NCBI GenBank assembly: GCA_965249725.1
Contig: OZ252251.1
Span: 640,001-704,000 of the forward strand
Length of the DNA: 64,000 bases
Reading direction: 5' to 3'
Origin: Longimicrobiales bacterium
GTDB taxonomy: Bacteria > Gemmatimonadota > Gemmatimonadetes > Longimicrobiales > Gaopeijiaceae
The first letter of the stretch is position 1, and each line of letters begins with the position of its first letter. The notes below the pieces were generated by a model. The model saw nothing but the letters and a program-made list of their open reading frames with translations. It searched no databases and was not told where the DNA came from. Positions 48,617 through 57,714 of the stretch are shown piece by piece. The position numbers and the translations under genes are program-made.

Positions 48617-49957
48617 ATGCCACGCCCACGAACCGCCGTTCTCTGTGCCGTCGTTCTGGCGCTTCTCACACTACTGCCGGTCTCCGCGGTCGCCCAGGCG
48701 ACTGCACTGAATCGCGGAAGCGACAACATCGATGTTCTCGGGCACTTGCCGCTGGGCCCCGCCCTGAGCGTGTTGGACATGGATGTGGAGCAGGAGTTGT
48801 CCAGGCCGTATGCCTACGTGGCACGTGGTCGACTCGGGCCGGCTGGGCCGCGCGGGATGGACATCATCAGCATCGAGGATCCTGACCGCCCCGAGCTCCT
48901 GCACGAGTGGCGGATCGAGGATCAGGACCTGCATGTCGGGCCGGGTGGCATGGACGTGAAGTACTTCAAGGTGAACGGCCGTTACTACGTCGTGCAGTCG
49001 GTCCAGTTCGGGCAGGGAGGGCCGAACGCCGATGTCGGTGCCGTGGTTTTGGACGTGACGGGTCTCCCGGATCCGTCCACCGTGCGTGAGGTGGCCCGTA
49101 TCAGTGAGCCCCTCTCGCCTGGTGGCTTCCACAACATCTTCGTCTACAAGCACTCCGATGGTCGTGTGCTGCTTTTCGCGACGATCAACGGCCCGTATGC
49201 CCACATGTACGATCTGGGGATGGTCGTGTCAGGGGCCACTTCCGAGCAGGCGTTGGCCGGCAAGGTGCCCATCGCGAACGACGGCAATACGCCGGTCATC
49301 GTGGGCTACCACGACTTCTACGTCGGGTATCATCCGGACACGGATGAGGACCGCTTCTACGGTGGTGGTGGCGGTGGCTACTACGTCTACGACGTGAGCG
49401 ACCCGTCGTCGCCCGAGCTCCGCATCACGTTGACGGGAATCAGCGGAGTACCGTTCGGTCACACCTTCACCCCGAGCCCCGATGGACGGTATGTCGTTGC
49501 CGAGACGGAGTACGGCTTCGCGCCGCTCAGGTTCTTCGATCTGAAGCCGGCGCTGGACGGCGAGACCATGAACATTCGCCGGCCCATCTCGGGCTGGACA
49601 CCGAACTACAAGAACGTGGTCCACAACCACGAGGTGCGCTGGCCTTGGCTGTTCGTCTCGGGCTATCACGAGGGGCTACAGGTCGTGAACCTGCAGGACC
49701 CCACGGATCCGCAGACCGTGGGCTACTACGACACCTACATCGGACCCCACACCGAAGTGATCAACCCGATCTTCAATGGTGCGTTCGGGATCGACGTGCG
49801 GAACGAGGACGGCCTGATCCTGATCAGTGACATGAGCACCGGGTTCTGGACCTTCCGCATGGATGGATTCCAGGGTTGGAACGGTGAGCAGTGGGGCCAG
49901 CCGGATATCTCCAGTGTGCAGAAATGGGATGAGCCGGTGCGCAGGCCCATCAGCTAG
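48617..49957 (+). CDS. Secreted LVIVD-like His beta-propeller, array copy 5
   Basis: Same scaffold and His motifs; AGGAG RBS. Confidence 0.85.
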   Translation: MPRPRTAVLCAVVLALLTLLPVSAVAQATALNRGSDNIDVLGHLPLGPALSVLDMDVEQELSRPYAYVARGRLGPAGPRGMDIISIEDPDRPELLHEWRIEDQDLHVGPGGMDVKYFKVNGRYYVVQSVQFGQGGPNADVGAVVLDVTGLPDPSTVREVARISEPLSPGGFHNIFVYKHSDGRVLLFATINGPYAHMYDLGMVVSGATSEQALAGKVPIANDGNTPVIVGYHDFYVGYHPDTDEDRFYGGGGGGYYVYDVSDPSSPELRITLTGISGVPFGHTFTPSPDGRYVVAETEYGFAPLRFFDLKPALDGETMNIRRPISGWTPNYKNVVHNHEVRWPWLFVSGYHEGLQVVNLQDPTDPQTVGYYDTYIGPHTEVINPIFNGAFGIDVRNEDGLILISDMSTGFWTFRMDGFQGWNGEQWGQPDISSVQKWDEPVRRPIS

Positions 49958-49994
49958 GAACAGAGTGTTGTCCATTCCAAAAGGAGGACCGTCC

Positions 49995-51329
49995 ATGTCG
50001 AACCGTCATCCACGCTATGCGGCCGCGGTTTCGACCGTATTCGCACTTCTCGTGCTCGTTGCAGCTCCCGTGTCCGGGCAGTGGACCGCCCTCAACCGGG
50101 GGAGCGACAACATGGAGGTGTTGGGACACCTCCCCCTGGGCCCCTTCCTGAACGTGTCGGACATGGACCTGGAGCAAGAGCTGTCTCGTCCCTACGCGTA
50201 TGTCTCCCGCATGGTATGGGGAGAGGGCGGTGCCAAGGGCATGGACATCGTCAGCCTCGAGGACCCTTCGCATCCCGAACTCATCTACGAGTGGCGGATC
50301 GAAGAACAGGATCTACACGTAGGGACCGGCGGCATGGACGTGAAGTACTTCAAGATTGCCGATCGTTACTACGTGGTGCAGTCGTTTCAATTCGGTCAGG
50401 GCGGTCCCGATTCGGACATGGGTGCGGTGGTCTTGGACGTGACGGGTCTCCCGGATCCATCAGCGGTTCGGGAGGTGGCCCGCATCCGAGAGCCGCTCCT
50501 GCCGGGTGGCTTCCACAACATCTTCGTCTATAAGCACTCCGACGGCCGGGTGCTGCTGTTCACGACCGTTTCCGGGCCCTACTCCCACGTCTACGATCTT
50601 GAGCGTGTGGTCGCCGGCGACATGGAAAATGCGCTGGTGGGTCGTGTGCCCGGTCCCGACCGCGAAGGTGGCGGTTCGGCCTATCACGACATCTACGTGG
50701 GCTACCATCCGGACACCGACCAGGACCGGTTCTACGGGGGCGGGACAGGTGGTTACTACATCTATGACGTCACGGACGTCGAGGCCCCCTCACTCGAAAT
50801 CAGTTTGACGGGGATCAGCGGGGTGGGCCGTGGTCACACGTTCACGCCGAGTCCCGACGGGCGCTACGCTGTGGCCGAGGTCGAGTACCAGTTCGCTCCC
50901 CTTCGGATCTTCGATCTACAGCCGGCCTTGGACGGTGAGACCACGAACATCCGTCGCCCCATCGCGGGCTGGACGGCGGACTACCAGAACCTGGTGCACA
51001 ATCACGAGGTTCGGTGGCCTTATGTGTTCGCTTCGTCGTACCTGGACGGACTCACGGTCTTCAACCTCCAGGATCCGTCCAATCCGGTGACGGTCGGCTA
51101 TTACGACACATATCTCGGAAAGCCGGGGCCCCGAAGCACCATTGTGGGTGGGGCGTTCGGCGTGGACATCCGCAATGAGGACGGCCTGATCGTCGTGAGC
51201 GACATGAACACGGGCCTGTGGACCTTCCGCATGGACGGTTTCCAGGGGTGGAGCGGCGACCAGTGGGGCGTGCCGGACATCTCGAGCGCCCAGAAGTGGG
51301 ACGAACCTCTGCGCAGACCGATCAGCTAA
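49995..51329 (+). CDS. Secreted LVIVD-like His beta-propeller, array copy 6
   Basis: Same scaffold; AAGGAGG RBS before ATG 49995. Confidence 0.85.
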   Translation: MSNRHPRYAAAVSTVFALLVLVAAPVSGQWTALNRGSDNMEVLGHLPLGPFLNVSDMDLEQELSRPYAYVSRMVWGEGGAKGMDIVSLEDPSHPELIYEWRIEEQDLHVGTGGMDVKYFKIADRYYVVQSFQFGQGGPDSDMGAVVLDVTGLPDPSAVREVARIREPLLPGGFHNIFVYKHSDGRVLLFTTVSGPYSHVYDLERVVAGDMENALVGRVPGPDREGGGSAYHDIYVGYHPDTDQDRFYGGGTGGYYIYDVTDVEAPSLEISLTGISGVGRGHTFTPSPDGRYAVAEVEYQFAPLRIFDLQPALDGETTNIRRPIAGWTADYQNLVHNHEVRWPYVFASSYLDGLTVFNLQDPSNPVTVGYYDTYLGKPGPRSTIVGGAFGVDIRNEDGLIVVSDMNTGLWTFRMDGFQGWSGDQWGVPDISSAQKWDEPLRRPIS

Positions 51330-51401
51330 CCATCACCCCATAGACATGCCCTCAACCCACTAGACATGCACGAATTCAACCTTCAGCGGGAGAAGCACTC
51401 A

Positions 51402-52739
51402 ATGTCGTTTTCCAGGTCGGCCGTTCTGAGCACGGCCCTCATCTTCGCCCTGATGGCCTGGGCGGCTCCCGCCTCGGCGCAGTGGACAGCCATGAACCGC
51501 GGCAGCGAGAACATCGAGGTGCTGGGGCACCTGCCTCTCGGTGCCCACCTGAACGTGTCCGACATGGATGTCGAGCAGGAGCTGTCTCGCCCGTACGCCT
51601 ATGTGTCCCGCATGGTCTGGGGACCCACGGGCACCAAGGGCATGGACATCGTCAGCATCGAAGACCCAGCCAACCCGGAGCGCATCTACGAATATCGGAT
51701 CGACGATCCGGACCTCCATCTCGGTACGGGGGGCATGGACGTGAAGCACTTCAAAATCGGCGACCGCTACTACGTGTTGCAGTCGTTCCAGTTCGGGCAA
51801 GGTGGTCCGGATTCCGAGCTGGGTGGGGTCGTGCTCGACGTGACGGGTCTCCCGGACGTATCGACCGTGCGTGAGGTAGGCGAGATCCGCGAGCCCCTGA
51901 TGCCCGGCGGCTTCCACAACATTTTCGTCTACAAGCACTCCGACGGTCGCGTCCTACTTTTCACGACCGTTAATGGACCCTACGCCCACATCTACGATCT
52001 GGCCGAGGTCGTGGATGGAGCCGACGCTGAAGACGCACTCGTGGGCCGCGTGCCAGTCGGTGCGGCCGAGGGTACCGGCGGAGGCTACCATGACATATAC
52101 GTTGCGTACCACCCCGACAGCGATCAGGACCGCTTCTACGGTGGCGGGACCGGTGGGTACTTCGTCTACGACGTGTCGGATCCCAGCAGCCCCTCGTTGG
52201 AGATCACCCTGGTGGGGATCCGTGGCATCACATACGGACACACCTTCACGCCGAGCCCCGATGGTCGGTACGCGGTAGCCGAGGTCGAGTATCGGTATGC
52301 GCCTCTGAGGATCTTCGACCTCAAGCCGGCGTTGGACGGTGAAACCACCAACATCAACCGGCCCGTATCGGGTTGGACCGCCGACTACCAGAACCTGGTG
52401 CACAACCACGAGGTGCGGTGGCCTCTCGTGTTCGCTTCGTCGTACCTCGACGGGCTGACCATCTTCAACCTCCAGGATCCGTCGAATCCGCAGACGGTGG
52501 GCTACTACGACACCTACATCGGCAAGCGCACACAGGATCGGTGCCCGGAGTGCAATGGCGCGTTCGGGGTCGACGTCCGGAATGCGGACGGTCTGATCCT
52601 CATCAGCGACATGAGCACGGGGCTTTGGACGTTCAAGATGGAGGGCTTCAACGGCTGGAATGGTGAGCAGTGGGGCATGCCCGACATCTCCAGCGCCCAG
52701 AAGTGGGACGAGCCGGTGCGCAGGCCCATTAGCCAGTAG
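51402..52739 (+). CDS. Secreted LVIVD-like His beta-propeller, array copy 7
   Basis: Same scaffold; CPEC in the last variable loop. Confidence 0.85.
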   Translation: MSFSRSAVLSTALIFALMAWAAPASAQWTAMNRGSENIEVLGHLPLGAHLNVSDMDVEQELSRPYAYVSRMVWGPTGTKGMDIVSIEDPANPERIYEYRIDDPDLHLGTGGMDVKHFKIGDRYYVLQSFQFGQGGPDSELGGVVLDVTGLPDVSTVREVGEIREPLMPGGFHNIFVYKHSDGRVLLFTTVNGPYAHIYDLAEVVDGADAEDALVGRVPVGAAEGTGGGYHDIYVAYHPDSDQDRFYGGGTGGYFVYDVSDPSSPSLEITLVGIRGITYGHTFTPSPDGRYAVAEVEYRYAPLRIFDLKPALDGETTNINRPVSGWTADYQNLVHNHEVRWPLVFASSYLDGLTIFNLQDPSNPQTVGYYDTYIGKRTQDRCPECNGAFGVDVRNADGLILISDMSTGLWTFKMEGFNGWNGEQWGMPDISSAQKWDEPVRRPISQ

Positions 52740-52954
52740 CGCCAGTCAAACGTCGGAACGCGACGGTCACGTTGCTCGGCTCCCCCGGACACGGCACCTG
52801 TGTTGCCCCGGGGGGAGTGCGGGAACCCACCCGTTATACGCAACGGCAGGTAGACTCTGGGTTGATAGGTAACAGGAGGTTACGGGGTGAACGGCGGCCT
52901 AGGGCGCGGCAAACGAACCTGCGACGGACTGATGGAGCTACGCCAAGTCGAGCG

Positions 52955-54409
52955 TTAGAGCCCGTAGATCAGGCGAGCGTTCTCGAGCCCGATGAGCCGA
53001 GCGAGGTCCGGGGGGAGGGCCTGCAGCAAGGCCTCGAACGGCTCCATGTGTGCGTCGATGAGGTCGGGGTTGGCGTAGAAGGTGTCGGAGCCCAGAACGA
53101 AGCGGTCGGGGAAGGCCGTGAAGAGTGCAAGCCACTCCGGTCGCAGCGCACCTCCTTCGTCGAGCGGCGCGTGCTCGGGAAAGAGCGGCACGATGGCGTC
53201 ACTATATATGAGGACCTGGAGGAAGAGGTTGGGGTGAGCCTCGAGCAGGGTGCCAAGCAGCTCCACGGTCATGTCGCCGGTGTTGTCCCAGCCGACATGG
53301 GCCCACACGATGCGCGTCTCCTGATTGTGCGAAAGGAGTCGCTCCAGTGCGTCGACGTTGGCACGTAGGGAGGCCGGGTTCAGGGCGCTGCGCTGCAAGA
53401 AGACTGGGGGTGTAGGCTTCTCGGTCACCACCGCCTCCATGTGAAGGTCGATGGGAACGCCGTACTGCGCGGCCAGGTCCGCCGCGAGAAGGAAGGCGGC
53501 ATGATCGGGCGGCATCTCGAGGAATGGGTGCTCGGGCCGAAAGGAGAGGTGTAGCGCAGTGAGCTCACCTAAGACGACCGAGCCGCTGGTGGAGAGCTGC
53601 GCCGCCGCGGCTACCAAAGCGTCTGAAAGTTCGGACGTGAGGCCGTCTACCTGGCTCTGGTGAAGAAGCGGGTTGAGCGAGAAGCCGCCAGCGGCGAAGG
53701 CGAAGCGGTCAGACCGGCTGGTGATGGCCGCTGATAGCGCGCTTTCGAAGGCGTTGGCTGCTACGGGTGAAGGAGGTGGCATCATCACCGCCTGCACGAC
53801 GTGGTGCACATCTTGGCGAGCGACGGCTCGGTCCAGGCAGGCAGGATCGAAGCAGCTGACCATCTCACCCGGCCCAAAAGTGGGGTGCGTGTGCGTGTCG
53901 ATCCATGTCGCCGCGGGGGCGGGGGCTACCATCGTGGCTACTGCCGTTCCGCTTCGTCCCTCGCTCGAGGCCGTGAGGGTGCTCACGCCAGGTCCGACGG
54001 CTGTGACGAGCCCGCTGGCACTAACGGTCGCGGCACCTTGGCTCGAGCTGGACCAGGTGACCGTTCGACCGGAAAGCACATTCCCGCCTGCGTCCGTCAC
54101 GGTGGCCGTGAATTGCGCCGTTTGACCGATTTCGAGCGTAATCGAACTCGGAGAGACCGCTACCGAGGCGACAGGCACGGGGAGGGTAGGCCCCGGCGCA
54201 GTAGGCTGCTCGGAGCTGCCTCCACCCTCACCACCACCGCAAGCTGTTAGTGCCAGTAAGAGGACCAACCAAGTTAGGAACTTCCGATTCTGGCTTTGCT
54301 TAAGATCCTCAGCCAGATGCACCGTGGCCATGCCACCCTCGCCCAACTCACGCTCGATGGCGTAGCGGCCCTCCAAAGCCGAGTTCAGGCGGTCAACTGG
54401 ATCGGACAT
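52955..54409 (-). CDS. Ig-like (Big_2) plus amidohydrolase lipoprotein with an N-terminal Ser/Thr kinase remnant
   Basis: RYAIERELGEGGMATVHLAEDLK kinase subdomain I; lipobox LTAC; VASVAVSPS...VTWSSS Big_2; IDTHTH, DLHME, WAHVG, LGSD. Confidence 0.78.
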   Translation of the reverse strand: MSDPVDRLNSALEGRYAIERELGEGGMATVHLAEDLKQSQNRKFLTWLVLLLALTACGGGEGGGSSEQPTAPGPTLPVPVASVAVSPSSITLEIGQTAQFTATVTDAGGNVLSGRTVTWSSSSQGAATVSASGLVTAVGPGVSTLTASSEGRSGTAVATMVAPAPAATWIDTHTHPTFGPGEMVSCFDPACLDRAVARQDVHHVVQAVMMPPPSPVAANAFESALSAAITSRSDRFAFAAGGFSLNPLLHQSQVDGLTSELSDALVAAAAQLSTSGSVVLGELTALHLSFRPEHPFLEMPPDHAAFLLAADLAAQYGVPIDLHMEAVVTEKPTPPVFLQRSALNPASLRANVDALERLLSHNQETRIVWAHVGWDNTGDMTVELLGTLLEAHPNLFLQVLIYSDAIVPLFPEHAPLDEGGALRPEWLALFTAFPDRFVLGSDTFYANPDLIDAHMEPFEALLQALPPDLARLIGLENARLIYGL

Positions 54410-54494
54410 GGGCACTCCCCGGACTAGACCGTTGTGAATGTCCGGGTTCGGGGAGCGCAAGCAGAACGACGTTGAAGGCCGACTCAGCAAGGTC

Positions 54495-54628
54495 GCCTAA
54501 CAAGCTGGTTTGCACGAACTCGCATGCGCTCGTTCGCCCTTCGGGTAACGCGCCGCTGGTCACTGCGCTTGCCTTCGCAAGCTCGTGGCCTGTCTCGCGG
54601 CGCGCTCGCGAACCAGACTCCGTTCGCC
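54495..54628 (+). mobile_element. attC-like recombination site (134 bp)
   Basis: R'' GCCTAAC at 54495, R' GTT at 54622, arms CTGGTTTGC/GCGAACCAG and CGCGCCGC/GCGGCGCG, inner hairpins. Confidence 0.65.
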
Positions 54629-54805
54629 GCCCGGGGGAGTGCGGGCACCCACCCCGACGTTCTCCGAATCGTTCCCCCTCGGACCGCTGCCCGGGCCCGC
54701 CCCGTTGGCGGGTTTTTCGACGGCCCCGTAGGTTGTGGGCCACGCTTGTTTCAACAGGACGCGCCGCTCAGCCTGGCGCATCGACTTCAGCGGGAGGCAC
54801 CGCTC

Positions 54806-56155
54806 ATGCTCTACACTCGGCCAACCCTCATAGCGACGGCGTTCGCCCTCGCGGCGTTGATCGCCACGGCCGTGGCTCCCGTTTCGGCCCAGTGGACTCC
54901 GTTGAGCCGCGGGAGTGACAACATCGAGGTGCTCGGGCACCTCCCTGTGGGTCCCGCTCTCAGCGTCTCGGACATGGATGTGGAGCAGGAGCTGTCCCGT
55001 CCCTACGCTTACATGAGCCGCATGGCCTATGGCGGCGAAGGGCCCATGGGCCTCGACATCATCAGCATCGAGGACCCGGGGAATCCGCAGATCCTCTACG
55101 AATGGCGGATCGCCGACCGCGACCTCCACTCGGGTAACGGGGGGATGGACGTGAAGTACTTCAAGGTGAACGGCCGCTATTACGTGGTGCAGTCGACACA
55201 GTTCGGCCAGGGTGGTCCGGACTCGGACATGGGCGCCGTAGTGCTCGACGTCACGGGTCTGCCCGATCCGTCCACCGTGCGTGAGGTCGCCAGGCTCCGT
55301 GAGCCGCTGCTGCCCGGCGGCTTCCACAACATCTTCGTCTACAAGCACTCGGATGGCCGAGTGCTGCTGTTCGCCACCGTCAGTGGGCCGTTCGCCAACG
55401 TGTATGACCTGGGCAAGGTGGTTCAGGGGGCATCCGCCGAGGAGGCGCTCGCCGGACAGGTTCCCAACCCGCAATCTCAGGCCGCCGGCGGCGGACGAGG
55501 GTACCACGACTTCTACGTCGCCTACCATCCGGATACCGATGAGGACCGCTTCTACGGAGGTGGCGGTGGCGGGTACTACATCATCGACGTCTCCGATCTG
55601 TCGGATCCACAGGTCCGCATCACGCTGACGGGCGTCCGCGGAGTGGGCGGGGGCCACACGTTCACCCCGAGCTCCGACGGCCGCTACGTCGTCGCCGAGA
55701 CAGAGTATCAGTTCGCGCCCCTCCGGTTGTTCGACCTCAAGCCTGCTCTCGATGGAGAGGTCACCAACATCAACCGCCCGATCTCGGGCTGGACCGCGGA
55801 CTGGAACAACCTGGTCCACAATCACGAGGTCCGTTGGCCCTACGTGTTCGTGACCGGTTATCTGGACGGACTCCAGGTCTTCAACATGCAGGACCCCGCG
55901 AATCCGCAGACGGTTGCCTATTACGACACGTACATCGGAGTTCGCGATCCCGAGCGTTGCCAGGAGTGCAACGGTGCGTTCGGGGTCGACGTTCGCAACG
56001 CCGACGGACTCATCGTGATCAGCGACATGAGCACTGGCCTGTGGACGTTTCGCATGGACGGCTTCCAAGGTTGGAACGGAGAGCAGTGGGGGATGCCCGA
56101 CATCTCCAGCGCTCAGAAGTGGGATGAGTCGGTACGGCGGCCGATTAGTGATTAG
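54806..56155 (+). CDS. Secreted LVIVD-like His beta-propeller, array copy 8
   Basis: Same scaffold; GGGAGG RBS; CQEC loop. Confidence 0.85.
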   Translation: MLYTRPTLIATAFALAALIATAVAPVSAQWTPLSRGSDNIEVLGHLPVGPALSVSDMDVEQELSRPYAYMSRMAYGGEGPMGLDIISIEDPGNPQILYEWRIADRDLHSGNGGMDVKYFKVNGRYYVVQSTQFGQGGPDSDMGAVVLDVTGLPDPSTVREVARLREPLLPGGFHNIFVYKHSDGRVLLFATVSGPFANVYDLGKVVQGASAEEALAGQVPNPQSQAAGGGRGYHDFYVAYHPDTDEDRFYGGGGGGYYIIDVSDLSDPQVRITLTGVRGVGGGHTFTPSSDGRYVVAETEYQFAPLRLFDLKPALDGEVTNINRPISGWTADWNNLVHNHEVRWPYVFVTGYLDGLQVFNMQDPANPQTVAYYDTYIGVRDPERCQECNGAFGVDVRNADGLIVISDMSTGLWTFRMDGFQGWNGEQWGMPDISSAQKWDESVRRPISD

Positions 56156-56231
56156 CCGAAGCCGCTCCTCTATCGAGCACTCGTCCATAAAGATATATCA
56201 CAGAAGCACTTACAGCAGGAGCACACGGTTC

Positions 56232-57581
56232 ATGTCACACCATCGGTCAAGTACGGTAGCGACGGCTTTTGCCGTCGTAGCTCTCGTCGCACTCGCCGCG
56301 GCGCCGGTCTCTGCGCAGTGGACCGCCATGAAGCGCGGTAGCGACAACATCGAGGTCATCGGCCACCTGCCGCTGGGGCCGGCCTTGAGTGTTTCCGATA
56401 TGGATGTGGAGCAGGAGTTGTCCCGTCCGTATGCCTATGTGTCGCGAATGCTCTACGGTGTCACCGGCCCCAAGGGCATGGACATCATCAGCATCGAAGA
56501 CCCGGCCAACCCCGAGATCATCTACGAGTGGCGGATCGAAGAGCAGGATCTTCATCTGGGCCGAGGCGGCATGGATGCCAAGCACTTCAAGATCGGCAAC
56601 CGCTACTACGTGGTTCAGTCCACGCAGTTCGGCCAGGGCGGCCCCAATTCAGACATGGGCGCCGTGGTCCTTGATGTGACCGGACTGCCGGACCCGGCCA
56701 CGGTCCGAGAGGTCAACCGAATCCGGGAGCCTCTGCGTCCCGGTGGCTTCCACAACATCTTCATCTACAAGCACTCTGATGGCCGAGTACTTCTGTTCGC
56801 GACGGCGGCCGGGCGGGTCGCCTTGATCTACGACCTCGCTCTGGTGGTGGATGGTGCGGACGCCGAAGCGGCCCTCGTCGGGGAGGTTCCGATCCCCAAT
56901 CAACCCGAGGGCCAGGACAACAGGAGTTATCACGACTTCTACGTCGGCTACCATCCGGACACCGATCAGGACCGGTTCTACGGGGGTGCCGGGGGCGGCT
57001 ACTACATCTATGACGTGACGGATCCGGCGAATCCCAACCTCGAAATCACCCTTACGGGGATTCGCGGGGTGGAGTGGGGTCACACATTCACGCCCAGCCC
57101 GGACGGTCGCTACGTGGTGGCCGAGGCCGAGTACCAGTTCGCACCGCTCCGTATCTTCGACCTGAAGCCGGCTCTGGACGGCCAGACGACCAACATCAAC
57201 CGCCCGATCTCAGGCTGGACGGCGGACTACGACAACCTGGTGCACAACCACGAGATCCGGTGGCCCTGGATGTTCGTGACGGGCTATGTGGACGGCCTTC
57301 AGGTCGTAAACCTCCAGGATCCGACGAACCCCGTGACAGTCGGCTACTACGACACGTACCTCGGTGTCAAAGACCCGACCCGGTGCCAGGAGTGTAACGG
57401 GTCCTTCGGAATCGACGTCCGCAACGAAGACGGACTCATCGTCATGAGCGACATGAGCACCGGCCTCTGGACTTTCCGCATGGACGGCTTCCAGGGTTGG
57501 AGCGGTGAGCAGTGGGGTATGCCGGACCTGTCGAGTGCCCAGAAGTGGGACGAGCCGGTGCGGAGGCCGATCAGTCAGTAG
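56232..57581 (+). CDS. Secreted LVIVD-like His beta-propeller, array copy 9
   Basis: Same scaffold; CQEC loop. Confidence 0.85.
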   Translation: MSHHRSSTVATAFAVVALVALAAAPVSAQWTAMKRGSDNIEVIGHLPLGPALSVSDMDVEQELSRPYAYVSRMLYGVTGPKGMDIISIEDPANPEIIYEWRIEEQDLHLGRGGMDAKHFKIGNRYYVVQSTQFGQGGPNSDMGAVVLDVTGLPDPATVREVNRIREPLRPGGFHNIFIYKHSDGRVLLFATAAGRVALIYDLALVVDGADAEAALVGEVPIPNQPEGQDNRSYHDFYVGYHPDTDQDRFYGGAGGGYYIYDVTDPANPNLEITLTGIRGVEWGHTFTPSPDGRYVVAEAEYQFAPLRIFDLKPALDGQTTNINRPISGWTADYDNLVHNHEIRWPWMFVTGYVDGLQVVNLQDPTNPVTVGYYDTYLGVKDPTRCQECNGSFGIDVRNEDGLIVMSDMSTGLWTFRMDGFQGWSGEQWGMPDLSSAQKWDEPVRRPISQ

Positions 57582-57714
57582 GAAACTCAACAAATCATGC
57601 ACGCCGGCTGTCTATATATACTGGCGAGGTTCCTGACGCCTTGGTAGATTACGTGGACGTCGGCGACAGCGCTGATCGTACGTGGCAAATCATCTAAAGT
57701 TGGAGAGATCGCCC

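Larger units (their letters stand above)
52954..54628 (+). mobile_element. Putative solitary integron gene cassette
   Basis: Begins at GTTAGAG (52954) and ends in an attC-like site; carries one inverted ORF; interrupts the paralog array. Confidence 0.55.

Noticed and set aside
52805..52832. Remnant of an intI 3' end (GGVR.P-like translation)
   Set aside because: Too short and degenerate, with no upstream tyrosine recombinase motifs; treated only as a direct repeat.
52955..54409. Functional Ser/Thr protein kinase
   Set aside because: Only subdomain I is present; no VAIK, HRD or DFG motif.
54560..56188. Long antisense ORFs (also 2098-3882, 11972-13447 and those opposite each array copy)
   Set aside because: Shadow frames expected from high-GC codon bias opposite well-supported genes; they recur only because the sense genes are paralogous.
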